NCBI GenBank assembly: GCA_965112155.1
Contig: OZ218098.1
Length of the DNA stretch: 64,000 bases
Direction: 5' to 3' (one strand)
From: Podarcis liolepis
Lineage: Eukaryota
Shown here: positions 25,251-38,065 of the stretch, piece by piece
How positions within the stretch are numbered: position 1 is the stretch's first letter
How the letters are laid out: each line of letters starts with the position of its first letter
Translations under genes and position numbers: made by a program
The notes under the pieces: generated by a model
The model's database searches: none
Seen by the model: the letters and a program-made list of their open reading frames with translations, nothing else
Told to the model about the DNA's origin: nothing

Positions 25251-27004
25251 TAGCGTCACAGCACCAGCTTTTCTGAGTCTTGGACAGTTCTGAAAACTTC
25301 AGAGGCAGGAAATGTATAGTACACTCAACTACAGTTCCATCCCTTTGGGATATGGCTTCTGGACCTCAGCTGCATATGAAGTTGCTTGATGTATAGAGAT
25401 TGACAGCTCCATCCTATATATAGCAGAATGACCAAATATAAATTCGCGCCATCCAAGTCCGCTCATTTATTGCTGCTCTTTATTCTGTTCCTTTCCTGAA
25501 GGAAAATATATAGCTCACATCCTTCACTTACCACAAGTTTTCAGGGAAGTGCAGAAGGAGGCAACATCTCCTATAAAATATCAGCTCTTGACATATGCTG
25601 GCTCTGCAGCTGCTGTTTGGTATTACTCAGATTAGACTGAGATTTCTCTCGGTATTCCCATACAGCATGTGCAGTTCTATACACAGTACTAATGAAGGGA
25701 ATTGTGTGTGTTTATGAATGTGCTACACCAGCGGGGCTTTTTATGTCAGGCAGGCAGAAAGACCACCTGAAATTCCTTTCCCAAGCCAAATTTGGCTATT
25801 TCTCAGCTCTTTTCTAGCCTACTCATTCATTCGACATGTGGAGTGCCTTTTGTTATAAACAATGAAGGCCAAGCTAGATGAGATTCTGTAAAGCTGCAGG
25901 GTGGTGCAATTTAAAATGTAATGTGAGCAACTTTCCTCCTCCAGTCCATTCTTTTAAAGCCATTTTTCTTCTAGTGCAACTCAGCGTCTGGAAGAAAAGT
26001 GAAATGCAGCTTAAAAAGTGATTTGGGGCAGAAAAATATGAGCAAGAATGGGGGGAAATTAGTCTGGTCTCTTTGTAATGTGGACCTACCTAATTTGTAC
26101 GTCCCCTCCAAAGAAACAGCAACCACCCACTGTTTTTAGCCCCACAATTGAAATCCAGTACTTGTATAGTTTGCTTGGCTTCCCACACAGGTATCTTGTC
26201 GGCCATTTTGAGAGCACAATGCTGCATTAAATGGGCCATTGGCCTGATCCAACAGGCTTGTCTTATGTTCTTTATGCTCTGGGATCAGCTTAGCCATTTG
26301 TACTTTCCAAAGCTGCAGGGTGGTGGACATGAAAATCCCAGCCATCTTTTTAACCTTCAAGTGAACTATGCTCCAATTCCCATTTAAATCTAAGACAAGT
26401 GGTTTTCTTCTGCACTTGTTCATCATCAATCCCTGAAAAGTCAGCAACATTATCTGAGCCAAAGGATGTTTTATTCATTGTGCTGACCCATATTCTTATA
26501 GCTATAGAATAGTTATTTAAGTATTCTGAGGGTAAGCACTTTTGGAATCATTAAGGCCTTGAAGATTCATCAGTTGTGCCAATACTAGGAAAACGACTCA
26601 ATCTATGCAAGACCTTTTAAAGATAGGCGTGGTGCTGATAGGGAATCGTTGTCCTAACCATATAGGCTTTTAATTAATCTCCTTCAAGGCCAGAATCCAT
26701 TGGATCCCTTTATTAAAAGATGGAATTCTGTTTCTATCATAGAAAAGGAAACAGAATTCAAAGAATTGCATTTTGAGTAAGGGGAATGTGCTGAGTTAGG
26801 ATTAAAGAATGTCATATGGTATCAATTATTTACCGTATATGTTTTCCTGAAAGTAGTTGCTTGAATTGTTCTTTTCCATTTTTGTTCCAGAATTGGTCCA
26901 GCCCAGCCCATTCTGGTTTTGTGGGATTCTTTTCTTTTCTTTGCTATGATGGATTGATGGAAACAAAGATTTGGCTTCACAACTGTAGATCAGGTGTACA
27001 AGTA

Positions 27005-27245
27005 TAGTGGTACCTCGGATTACAGACTCTTCAGGTTACAGACGCTTCAGGTTACAGACTCCGCTAACCCAGAATTAGTACCTTGTGTTAAGAACTTTGC
27101 TTCAGGATGAGAATAGAAATCATGCAGCGGCGGCACGGCAGCAGCAGGAGGCCCATTAGCTAAAGTGGTACCTCGGGTTAAGAACAGTTTCAGGTTAAGA
27201 ACGGACCTCTGGAACGAATTAAGTTCTTAACCCGAGGTACCACTG
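27005..27245. mobile_element. Tc1/mariner-type MITE
   Basis: TA|tagtggtacctcgg (first base C>T relative to sister copies)...ccgaggtaccactg|TA. Confidence 0.9.
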
Positions 27246-27915
27246 TAATTTCTTTCCTTTCATCTAATCTAGTGATTTAGCTAATTTGGAGGCTTTAAAG
27301 AAGAAGTGTTTGACAATGCTGGTTTCCAGTTCTCCCAATTAATAACTAAATAAAGGCTCTGGGATGCTGTGGTGATTTTTCTGTGGCCTCAGCACTGCAC
27401 ACTGCTGGCTTTCTGCTTATTAATGCACTGGAAGCATTTTATAGTAATGGAGAAGTGACAGTCAATGTTGTAATGGAAAGCGTGTCAATATTGGCTGCCT
27501 TGTTGAAGGCATTTATTTAAATATTGATAGAGATTATATTAAATATTTAGAGATGACAGTCTTTATTAAGATGGCTTTTCCATTGCCTTTATTAAGTTGC
27601 TCTGGCCATTTATGCCACTTACTCTATATTGCTTTCATGAGGCAGAGAATGCTGATGATAAACAAAAGGGGGAGGTCATAGCAGTCATGCTCTATCTTCT
27701 GAGAGTCTACACCAGTGGTTTCCAAACTTTTTCTTCCACAGACCACTTGGAAATTGGTAAAAGTCTTGGCAGACCATTTAACTATTTTTCTGCCTGTTGT
27801 AGTGATTGCAATGTGCTAGATGCTGTATGATTTTAAAGTGCTTTTTGTTGCTTCTTTTATTTCTTATATATTGTATTTTATTGCATTACCATCTGAATTA
27901 AACAGATTTTGAATA

Positions 27916-28141
27916 CAGTGGTACCTTGGGTTAAGAACTTAATTAGTTCTGGAGGTCCGTTCTTAACCTGAAACTGTTCTTTAACCTGAGGTACCACTTT
28001 AGCTAATGGGGGCTCCTGCTGCCGCCACACCGCGATTTCTGTTCTCATCCTGAAGCAAAGTTCTTAACCCGAGGTACTATTTCTGGGTTAGCAGAGTCTG
28101 TAACCTGAAGTGTCTGTAACCCAAGGTACAGTAAGATACTG
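27916..28141. mobile_element. Tc1/mariner-type MITE (nested)
   Basis: TA|cagtggtaccttgggttaag...; inverted relative to the 27005 copy. Confidence 0.85.
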
Positions 28142-28184
28142 TATAAGAAATAAAAGAAGCAATAAAAATATGATTTAAAATCAC

Positions 28185-28415
28185 TGGGTGGAATTTGACA
28201 TCACATTCTTCCAATCATTCCATCTGCGCAAGCGTTCCAGCTTGCAGGATGGAAGGATCCCCCCTTTCTTCTGTACTGTTCCAGGGATTCTCCTGATCCA
28301 ACTCCACCAATCCAATTTCAGGGGATGCATAGTGGGAAGGGGAAAAGCCCCATTGCACAAGCAAAAGTCCTTGTACATGGTTTCACTGCTGGGGCTGGTT
28401 AGGTGAATCCCACTC
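28185..28415. mobile_element. Harbinger-like MITE (nested)
   Basis: gggtggaatttg...tgaatcccactc termini; homologous to the 50232 and 54632 copies. Confidence 0.55.
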
Positions 28416-30550
28416 ATTTTTAATATTTAATGTGATGGATGTGCCGTCTCTTGTCTTCAACCACAAATCTACAGATGTGTTGTGGACCACTTGAATGAAA
28501 CTCGCAGACTGCAGACCACAGTTTGGGAACCTCTGGTCTAGATGCAAGCAGCTGACCACCATTGGAAAAAGAATGCCAATTCAGCAAAGCAATTTTGATA
28601 TAGGGGGTGGAGTTAGCAGGTCTGGAGAACCTGTGTCCTTCCAGATCCTGTTGGATCCATAGCCATCCATAACCATTGGCCAGCTGGCTGTGGCAGATAG
28701 ACACAAAATCCCTAGCATTGGCTTATAGATAGCCTTGTGGTGAGCATCGAACAAACAAAAAGCAGATTTTGAGCCTGGCGCACTACAATTATGCTGGACT
28801 GTGGTTAGTTTTATTTTTTGATTTGGAGCTTTGTGTTTTTATATTGAGGGTGCTAAAATGTTTTCATAGCAGCTTCCCATGAAGAAGAGCATTATTTACC
28901 AAGAATGTTTTTAGAATAAAATGACAGGTCTGCTTGCAGGTGTTTACTCTAACCCTTTACATATTGGACTTCTGGCCAAATCTCGGGGTGTCCAACGCTC
29001 CATCCTTCAAACTGGTCTCATTCATCCAATGTCATCTCAAAACCCTATTATTTGCCTACATTCTGATACACCAGGGACAGGGCAGCTCCCATTAATTTGT
29101 TCCCCTACAATGCCACCACTGTTAAATGTGCACAATGTCAGCCACTGAATTTTCAGAAGAGAGACTGTTTTTGAGTGTGCATGGGCATGCTATTGTTTTT
29201 GTTAGTAGCATTTACTTACATCCCTTGCTTCCAAGTTCAGGGCCCCCCCAAATTTAGCAACATGCTCAAGAGTGTGAGCACGAAGCGTCAGGTCTAGGCT
29301 GAGGAGTGATAACATAGTATGTCTCCATGGACTAAGAGTTGTTGGTCTAGTTGTAAGTTAGCAATTCCTGATATTCCTTCAATACCAGCAGTTGTGGTTA
29401 TGGTGTGGTTTAGGAGTACAAAGCCTTTAAGTCTTCCCTTGCAGATCTCTGATTCCTTGTTCCCTGTAGCCTCGTTCTGTGTCCCTGACTCTAGTCACTC
29501 CTCCTTGCTCTGTTCTACCTTGTAAAATACCAAGTAATATTGACCTTGAGCTTGCCTCTGGATCAGGTTTGGGCTTATACTGATTTCTTGTGTTTGACCT
29601 TGGTTTGTTTAGACTGTGTGGCACCAGAAATCCTGTCTGTGCTGGTAAGTGCTTTAGAGATAGGATTTTATTTCTCAGGTCTGGGACTCTAGCTCCTGAG
29701 AACACCCATTGGAGTGTGACACCTAGCCTGAAAACCCCTGGAGGTCACCAAAGCCAGAGAAGGCTCATTCAGACTCCAACAAGGGGATTCTGCTAGCTGT
29801 GACTACAACTGTGACTGCAGCAATTTGCCCTGACAACCTGAAAAGGTCCAATAAGTAATATTGGCTTTCTTGAGTTTCACATAGTGAATTGAACCAGCCA
29901 GCCAGTTCTCTGGCTTTGAATCTCTCTTAGACTTTATATCCAGAACTTTAAAAAATAATTGCCAATAGATAGACCCCTGTCTATAGCCCACAGTGTCCTG
30001 CTGAAGTACAGCAATCTGCTTAAATAAGACATTCTGCTGGAATTTTATGCTGCAATTTGCCATTTTATGATCTCATATTTTTTAAATGTATGTTATTTTA
30101 TTTGCAAGCTGCTCAGAGAACATTGTTTGATGGCCTTATATAAATATAGTAAGTAAAAAACTCTCCTTCACAGGAACTTGTTAGTTCCATTGGAGACTTG
30201 ATTAGAAACTCCATAGAGGAATAGCTTTTCAAGCCTCTCCTGTTGTGCATTTACGGTATGTCTCTGTGCTATTTCTCAGAAAGGCAATGCTTCCCTCTAA
30301 CTTAACCGCAACTGTCTTTTTAATCCTGTCATTATAGTGCTGTTCTGGTTGGTGTCATGAATTGTTAACTGAATATTGCATTGATGATTGAAAGTGTCTG
30401 TCCTGCAATCATTTGTGTCGGTGTCTTTTTCATTTTTGTAATGACCTTAATCATTGTGACACACACACATACACAGAGACACACACATGGTGTTGTGAAC
30501 TCATTTTGAATGCAGTAACTACAGAAATAGAGAGGTCTAAGCAAAAGAGT

Positions 30551-31137
30551 GCTCCATGATCACTGCAGATGGTGACAGCAGTCATGAAATTAAAATACAC
30601 CTGCTTCTTGGGAGAAAAGCGATGACAAACCTAGACAGCAGCTTAAAAAGCAGAGACATCACCTTGCCGATAAAGGTCCATATAGTTAAAGCTATGGTTT
30701 TCCCAGTAGTGATGTATGGAAGTGAGAGCTGGACCATAAAAAAGGCTGATCGCCGAAGAATTGATGCTTTTGAATTGTGGTGCTGGAGGAGACTATTGAG
30801 AGTCCCATGGACTGCAAAAAGATCAAACCAATCCATCCTGAAGGAAATCAGCCCTGAGTGCTCACTGGAAGGAAAGATCCTGAAGCTGAGGCTCCAATAC
30901 TTTGGCTACCTCATGAGAAGAGAAGACTCCCTGGAAAAGACCCTGATGTTGGGAAAGATTGCGGACACAAGGAGAAGGGGACAACAGAGGACGAGATGGT
31001 TGGACAGTGTTCTCGAAGCTACCAACATGAATTTGACGAAACTCCAGGAGGCAGTGGAAGACAGAAGTCCCTGGCGTGTTCTGGTCCATGGGGTCATGAA
31101 GAGTCAGACAAGACTAAATGACTAAACAACAACAAAA
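30551..31137 (+). mobile_element. Bov-B (RTE clade) LINE 3' end
   Basis: Uninterrupted 189-aa frame MITADGDSSHEIK...KAMVFPVVMYGSESWTIKKADRRRIDAFELWCWRRLLRVPWTA...; (CAA)n tail; probable TSD caaaagag (30542-30549, 31138-31145). Confidence 0.95.
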
Positions 31138-31145
31138 CAAAAGAG

Positions 31146-31310
31146 AGGTCATCTGCAAGAGAAGCTCAAGGAGGCACGATTTGTCAGCAGGTCTTCTCAG
31201 CAATGGTACCCCCTTTATGAACACACACCCCTTGAAGGTTTGGTCAGCTCCAACTCTGTTCAGTTCTAGATGCCTGATGAAAACCTGTCTCTTTCAACAG
31301 GTTTTTGAAC
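31146..31310 (+). mobile_element. Degraded L2 3' remnant (Bov-B insertion target)
   Basis: SAPTLFSSRCLMKTCLFQQVF resembles the L2 C-terminus. Confidence 0.55.
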
Positions 31311-32723
31311 ATAAACTTCATTCCTTGGACTACAGAAATGTGGTACCCTGAGTAGATGTATGTTTTTGCTGAGATTGATTTTAATATCATATTGTTGATT
31401 GTATATTTTATTGTTGTAAATGATCCCAGGGCATTTGGATGAGGTCTGGGTAGAAGTCTTTAAAACAAATAAATAGGTGCCGCCACCCTTCCTCTTCTTT
31501 TTCTTGCTTCCTAGATCATAGGAAAGCAGAGGGAATGGGGTTGACCAGCCACAACCCAGAGACACCCTAGGTAGCATCATCGGTAACAGCAAAAGGGTCA
31601 CAGCATAAGACCTGTAATTAGAAGTCTGCCTTTTTCCTCTCTCCGCCGTCATAAAGTCAGAAAATGATCAAAAATATATTTGGAGAAAAGCATACTGTAT
31701 TCTCCACAGGCTTGACTATTCTTTCTTCATTTATCTTGAACTGCTGATATCTAATATGATCTCTCCAAATTAGATAGGGGTGAATCAATACATGATCTAA
31801 GTCTCATGGACACAGAGGAGAGTTACAGAGAAGGTGAATCTGACCTAGTGCTGCTCATTGTAACTGAGAAGGCAGGCTCCTGGTGTTAGTCTTCTTGCTT
31901 CACTCCTCGAGTTTATAATCCTAGCAGTCCTCAGAGACAATCCTCTGCTGGTGAGAAAAAAAATATTTTGAGAATAGGGGAAATGGTGGGAGGGAGGCAA
32001 TATGGAGGGAAAGCAGAGGTGTCCAATTAAATGTAAGCAGTGTATTATTAATTCATACGTGGTGGCAGTTCTGTTTTACATTGAATGGCAGCCTGCAGCA
32101 TGTTCTTCTATGTTCTCCTTCAGATGGATTTTCCCCATAGTGAAGGATCTGTAGTTGTGGATAGCAGCCATGTCTGATCAGATATTCATAACCAAGCACA
32201 TCATAACCCAACAACAGTGAAACTGCATAATTAACACAAGAGTGGGTGGGTAGAACTTCTGTGTCGACTTTCCCTTGGCTTCACTGCAGAAGCTTTGATT
32301 CTGGGTATGACATTGTCTTCTCTGCTACAAAATGGACCAGAACCAGTAGGATCTATACAAAGAAGCGTAAGATTAAATCTATGGCATGGTTTCTTCTTCC
32401 TCCTGATGCTCATAAACTGCAGGTACACATGAGTGTTTATCATAATCCTAGGGATGGATTCCCCATGCTTGGGGGAATTAAGTTGTAGAATTTAGGGAAG
32501 AAGCAGAGTGGGGATGAGATTCACCTTTCATATAGGCCCCAGAAGCCCCTGCTTCCCTGATTAAACCCCGAGAGTTCATCCTGCTTCTTCTTCTCCAATC
32601 TTCTTATCATCATCCTCAGATTCCAAGCATTCCATCCTAGAAATGCCAGTCAAGCCGCAATACCCTCCCCCGCCACTCAGTCCTGTTGTGCCCAGCACTT
32701 GCAGAATAAGGCATATCCCCTTT

Positions 32724-32729
<6 letters not shown>

Positions 32730-32780
<51 letters not shown>
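32730..32780. repeat. (GT)n microsatellite
   Basis: Direct reading. Confidence 0.97.
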
Positions 32781-32781
<1 letters not shown>

Positions 32782-33669
32782 CCCAGTGGGGTCATAGTTA
32801 TCAAATAAATTCAGTTATTTATTAAATCTATATACTGACCTTCATCATAAGTTCTCGGGGCTGTTCATAGAATAAAATACAAGATAAAAACACAAGTAAA
32901 TAATGAAAACGAAAGAGCGAAACAATTACCCCCCCCCCTTTAGACTGAGCTGCACCTTATTTACAGGCATAGTGATCACAGATCACAACATCTGGGCCCT
33001 TAGCATCCGTCCTGTCCACGGTCCTGCATGTGATGGAGACTCTTTGGACCTGAATGCCCGTCATTATCTGTATTCCCAGCTGAATCCCTGCTCAGGCTTC
33101 CACACGAACCTGGCTGCAATCACTGCCTGGGACAGAATAATAGAGAGTAGAAGTATTATACACATAATCACTCTAATCATTGCACTCACCATTAACTCTG
33201 AATTATACATGTGGATAAGGAATTGTGCAGGCTGCATCCAGCCTGCCAGACTTTTCCTCTGGAAAACATTCCAATCCCCTGTTTTCTAGTGAGCAAAGAA
33301 TAAGAAGAGCAGGCTCACACAACCATTGTTTAATTTAATTCAATCTTTATTCCAAATATTTTTTTTTTAATTGGCTCTCGTGGAGGATACCCATGGGAAG
33401 GCAATTTTTCTGCTCAGATGTCCTTCTGCCAACTTTATTTCCCTGGCATGTTATTGTCGAGGCTGCTAAGACTGCTTAACTCATTTACACAAAAAGCTTT
33501 TATATGACTCTTCTGTAGAAGGCCTTTTGTGGCAAAAATGTGTGAAAGTTGCCTCCCAGTTTGTTCCTCTTACCAGCGAGTATCCACTATTCACAAATCC
33601 TGTGCTGCCAACCAGTTTCCATTGTGTACATCAATACACGGTTGTGCTCCATGTTAAATGTCATGCCAT

Positions 33670-34597
33670 TGTCAGGGTCTGGGCAGAGGAAGAATGGTGG
33701 AGACCGCCCCCCCCCCCAACCTGACCCTTCCAGAGAAGAAGAAGACAGTTCAGAACTACAACAGGGGTTTGAGGGAGATCACAGCTCAGAGGAAGATGAG
33801 GGAGAAAATTGGGAAATAATGACAGAGGAGGAGGAGGCAGAGCCGGAGCAGCTGGCTGACACGTTATCACTAGAAACCATTCCAAACCCACTATCTCCTA
33901 AAACCTGGCAAGCCTTAAAAGTAGGAGAGCAAAGGACTCAGAAGCGAAGGGCCCTCAGTGCCACCCATAGAAGAGGTGACAAATGAGGAAGTGGGAGAGA
34001 AGGGGAGGGGACTGCCTCTCCTGGTATGTCCCACGGAGGACCTTACGGTCTTCAAATAAAAGCATCTTGGAGGTCCCGGGCCACAGGAAGGTTAGGCTGG
34101 CCTCAACCAGAGTGAGGGCTTTTTCAGCTGTGGCCCTGATCTGGTGGAAATCTCTGTCACAAGAGACTAGGGCCCTGAAGGACTTGACATCTTTCCACAG
34201 GTCCTGCAAGACAGAGCTGTTCCACCAGGCCTTTGGCCAAGGCACTGTCTGACCCCCTCCTTTGGTAATCCTCATAGAACTCTAGTCCAATGGTTGCCAT
34301 TAATTTGATTCAGAATTGATTTTAGAATGAATTGATTTTAGAATGTATTTCAATTAATTGATTGTGATTTTATGTAAACTGTGTTATTTACTGTTGATAG
34401 CCGCTCTGAGCCCGGCTTCGGCTGGGGAGGGCGGGATATAAATAAATAAATAAATCATTATTATTATTATTCCAAGAGGCTGCATTCCCAAGCCTCTCTC
34501 TGTAAATATTGAATAAAAGCAGATGGTAAGGACTTTTCCTTGTCTTATCCATTCCTGGAAACCTGCCATGGGTGGCTGGTTCCTCTGCTGCCTGACA
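33670..34597 (+). mobile_element. Gypsy-type solo LTR interrupted by L2
   Basis: TGTCAGG...CCTGACA; perfect 5-bp TSD gccat (33665-33669, 34598-34602); AATAAA near 34512. Confidence 0.88.
34007..34470 (+). mobile_element. Young L2 3' end nested in the LTR
   Basis: DCLSWYVPRRTLRSSNKSILEVP...RAFSAVALIWW...KTELFHQAF; (AATA)n(ATT)n tail. Confidence 0.9.
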
Positions 34598-34874
34598 GCC
34601 ATGCACATATCAGGGTTGTGCTCAGAGGTCTGTTGCCTCATGCATGCACTTATTATTTCCACCACTGAGCATGTGTGGCATTGAGCATGTGAACTGGCTC
34701 TTTCTTTCAAATGCAGTTTAGAACTGAAGTGCAATGACATGCAGAGACATTTTCAACCCGGTTTGATGTGTGCACAAAGTTTTCGTTCTTGTTTTAAACT
34801 GGCTTCAGTGATGAAGTAAAATATTCGCGATGAAAACTAAACCCTTTCTCCCTCTTTGTGTGTACTCGCATCTG

Positions 34875-35032
34875 CAGTGGCGTAGCGTGGGGGGTGCAGG
34901 GGGGGGCGGCCGCACCGGGCGCAACATCTGGGGGGGGGCACGTGGAAGAGACTCGAGTGCTAAAATCCACGGGTTAGGGGGCGCAAATTACTTGCCTTGC
35001 CCCGGGTGCTGACAACCCACGCTACGCCACTG
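34875..35032. mobile_element. Young hAT MITE
   Basis: 17-bp perfect TIR CAGTGGCGTAGCGTGGG; perfect TSD cgcatctg. Confidence 0.93.
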
Positions 35033-35340
35033 CGCATCTGATCTCTTAATGCTTTCTAGATCCTCTTGGCTTACAGGCACATGAAATCAAAAGCAACTTT
35101 GCTTTTATCTTGCTGGTCTTGCTTTGGGTAATACACAAGCAGTAGCAAAGGCCAGTGTCGAGAAGCACCTCTAAAATAAAATTTAAAAACCTAACCAAGT
35201 ACAAGAACACTTTCTACTGCTTCTGAAGTCCGATCCCCTGGTAGCTGAATGCTGCAAGCCGATTGCCTCTCTCTGGCATTTCCTCCTTATCTAATGGAAA
35301 GAACAGGCATCAATAAATAGCTGTGTCAATCAAAATTTTG

Positions 35341-35342
<2 letters not shown>

Positions 35343-35387
<45 letters not shown>
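35343..35387. repeat. (AC)n microsatellite
   Basis: Direct reading. Confidence 0.97.
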
Positions 35388-35390
<3 letters not shown>

Positions 35391-36651
35391 CACTGCGTAA
35401 AAGTGGAAGTAAATATTTTTGAACAATAGAGCTTTCCCCCCCGGATGAACCTAGTTATCTTCCTCAGCTTGGAATGGGAAGTGTTTCTTACCTATTGCCC
35501 TTCAGAAAGATTCTCTTGGACTTTAAGTGCAAGGAGGATTTGTTTTTGTTTGGTTTGGTTTTGATTGGCACCCAAGTGCCTCCGAGCTGCCCCAGTTCTC
35601 TGCAAGCTGTGAAAAGCCGAGGGAAGCCAACTGAATCAGCCTATAACCTTAAGCTGCTGTGGGACACGCTCTCAATGAGCAGGGGTATTCATTGGAATAA
35701 CTCTCCAAGCATTGCAATAATAATCTCACTGAGCCTGGTTGTCCGCTTCTGATGGCTACAAGGTTCACAAAGGCCCCAAGGTTTTGTGATGAGGATAGAG
35801 AGATGGAATCATCTCTGAGTGTATCTCATTGGGGTGAAAAGAAAATATTTTATTTTATTTTAACAGCTCAATTCTCCAAACAGTGCTTTAAAACAAAAAC
35901 AAAAACAAAAAAACAATTTTTTGAAGAGCAATTGAAGAGCAATACATTAGCCAACATAGCCACAACATTTATTTATTTGATTTATTTCATAAAATTTAAA
36001 TACTGCTTGACTGTGAAACACACAAACACACAAACTTCAAAGTGGTTTTACACATTTCACTTGCTTATTTCAGAGTTAACTTTTCAGAGTTACAAAAGAG
36101 CATATTCATTGAAAGTATAGCCCATGCAGCAAACTTGCATCACCTTCACCAACATCTCATAAATGTGGTCAAACATATAATATCACCGTATAAATTGTAT
36201 AAATCAAGTCTAGCAGACATTTACCCTCCTTTTATAGTTATCATGTAACAGATATTGTTAGCAAGAATTAGAAACAACTTGCCTGTTGAAGGCCACAACA
36301 GTGGCCTCCAAGGAGCAGAGGTGAGGTCTGGGCTATGTGGGTGTACTAGTGGAAGTGCCAGACGGGCTGTTCCAGTGTGCCTGTACCGCCTTGGCTTCAC
36401 TGCCATTTTGGCTTTCCCATTCTGGCTATGCAGCAGCAATACTGTTGCCCAGAAGCTATTGTTGGGGCTTACCCACCCCAGTGAGCTATTCTTGGAGTCA
36501 GTCTCACTGTATAAATATAAAACTGAGCCTATCAGGCTTTAAGGACTTCTTTTATAGCCAATATATGGCATAAATAGGAATAATGTCCCCAATAAATCAT
36601 CAAAATTAGGGTCAGAGTGGTCCATATTTGCATAGCCACACTTAAAGCAAA

Positions 36652-37001
36652 GGGACGCGGGTGGCGCTGTGGATTAAACCACAGAGCCTAGGGCTTGCCG
36701 ATCAGAAGGTCGGCGGTTCGATTCCCTGTGACGGGGTGAGCTCCCGTTGCTCAGTCCCTGCTCCTGCCAACCTAACAGTTCAAAAGCACGTCAAAGTGCA
36801 AGTAGATAAATAGGTACCGCTCCGGTGGGAAGGTAAATGGTGTTTCCGTGTGCTGGTCTGGTTCACCAGAAGTGGCTTAGTCATGCTGGCCACATGATCC
36901 GGAAGCTGTATGCCTGCTCCCTCGGCCAATAAAGCAAGATGAGCGCCGCAACCCCAGAGTCGGCCACAACTGGAGCTAATGGTCAGGGGTCTCTTTACCT
37001 T
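36652..37001 (+). mobile_element. Sauria SINE, full length
   Basis: Typical head and tail; 11-bp TSD acttaaagcaa (36640-36650, 37002-37012). Confidence 0.95.
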
Positions 37002-37687
37002 ACTTAAAGCAATATCTGTGCTTTGTGTTAATTCACTCCTGAATAGGTGATACCTGATGACATTTACATCATGAGGCCAGTTGAAATCTGGCTGTTGTTA
37101 ACAAGGGCCTGTTAATCCACATCATGAAGTTGGAATATTCTCTATCTCCAAGTAGCAAAGCAAAACGGCAAGTGGGTTTAAAGGGACTGTATGCCCTATT
37201 TTGGACTTTATATATCTGAAGATCTTTTGCCAGTATTCAGTTGTCTTTGGACATGACCATCATATATGTATGTTTGTTCCTATATTGCCACAGCACTTCC
37301 AACATTTATTGGGATGCTTACTGTTGATATGGTATCATTGCTTTAAAAGTGATTTCCCTGATATTGGTGGGTGTTGAGGAAAGAGACGATGAATTCCATA
37401 TATCTTTGGATTTCTTCCTCTTTCCATTTCATTTCATATGATGGATGAGTATCCCAGTAGCACAAACTCAAAAGTTTTTACAGAAATGAAGCAGCAGCTT
37501 TGAAGTCAGTGTGTCTACAAGCTATTACACTATCAAAACTCATAAGGCTCCTGCAGACCTGGGCAATCATTCCCTTTCCTAGATAATGCACAATAAATAG
37601 TTTATAGAGTGGTTGTGGTATGCAATGACTACAGTGTTTGTACAACAGGATGATGTGTGTTATGACAGCAGAATGCACAGGAAGTTA

Positions 37688-38011
37688 TACCTGAAGGAGC
37701 GTCTCCACCCCCATCGTTCTGCCCGGACACTGAGGTCCAGTGCCGAGGGCCTTCTGGTGGTTCCCTCATTGCGAGAAGCAAAGCTACAGGGAACCAGGCA
37801 GAGGGCCTTCTCCATAGTGGCACCCACCCTGTGGAACGCCCTCCCATCAGATGTCAAAGAGATAAACAACTACCTGACATTCAGAAGACATCTTAAGGCA
37901 GCCCTGTTCAGGGAAGTTTTTAATGCGTGACATCTTAGTTTATTTTTGGTCTTTGTGAAAGCCACCCAGAGTGGCTGGGGAAACCCAGCCAGACGGGCGG
38001 GGTACAAATAA

Positions 38012-38064
<53 letters not shown>
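37688..38064 (+). mobile_element. L2 3' end
   Basis: YLKERLHPHRSARTLRSSAEGLLVVP...RAFSIVAPTLWNALP...FRRHLKAALFREVF; (ATT)n tail. Confidence 0.92.

Positions 38065-38065
<1 letters not shown>

Larger units (their letters stand above)
27713..28535. mobile_element. Older hAT element carrying two nested MITEs
   Basis: Ends cagtggtttccaaac / gtttgggaacctctg; TSD gtctacac/gtctagat (6/8). Confidence 0.7.

Noticed and set aside
29270-29721. Pyrimidine-rich LTR-like stretch ending tgtgaca
   Set aside because: No definable 5' end or TSD.
32903-33289. 128-aa ORF in unique sequence
   Set aside because: No recognisable domain and not in frame with the upstream candidate donor.
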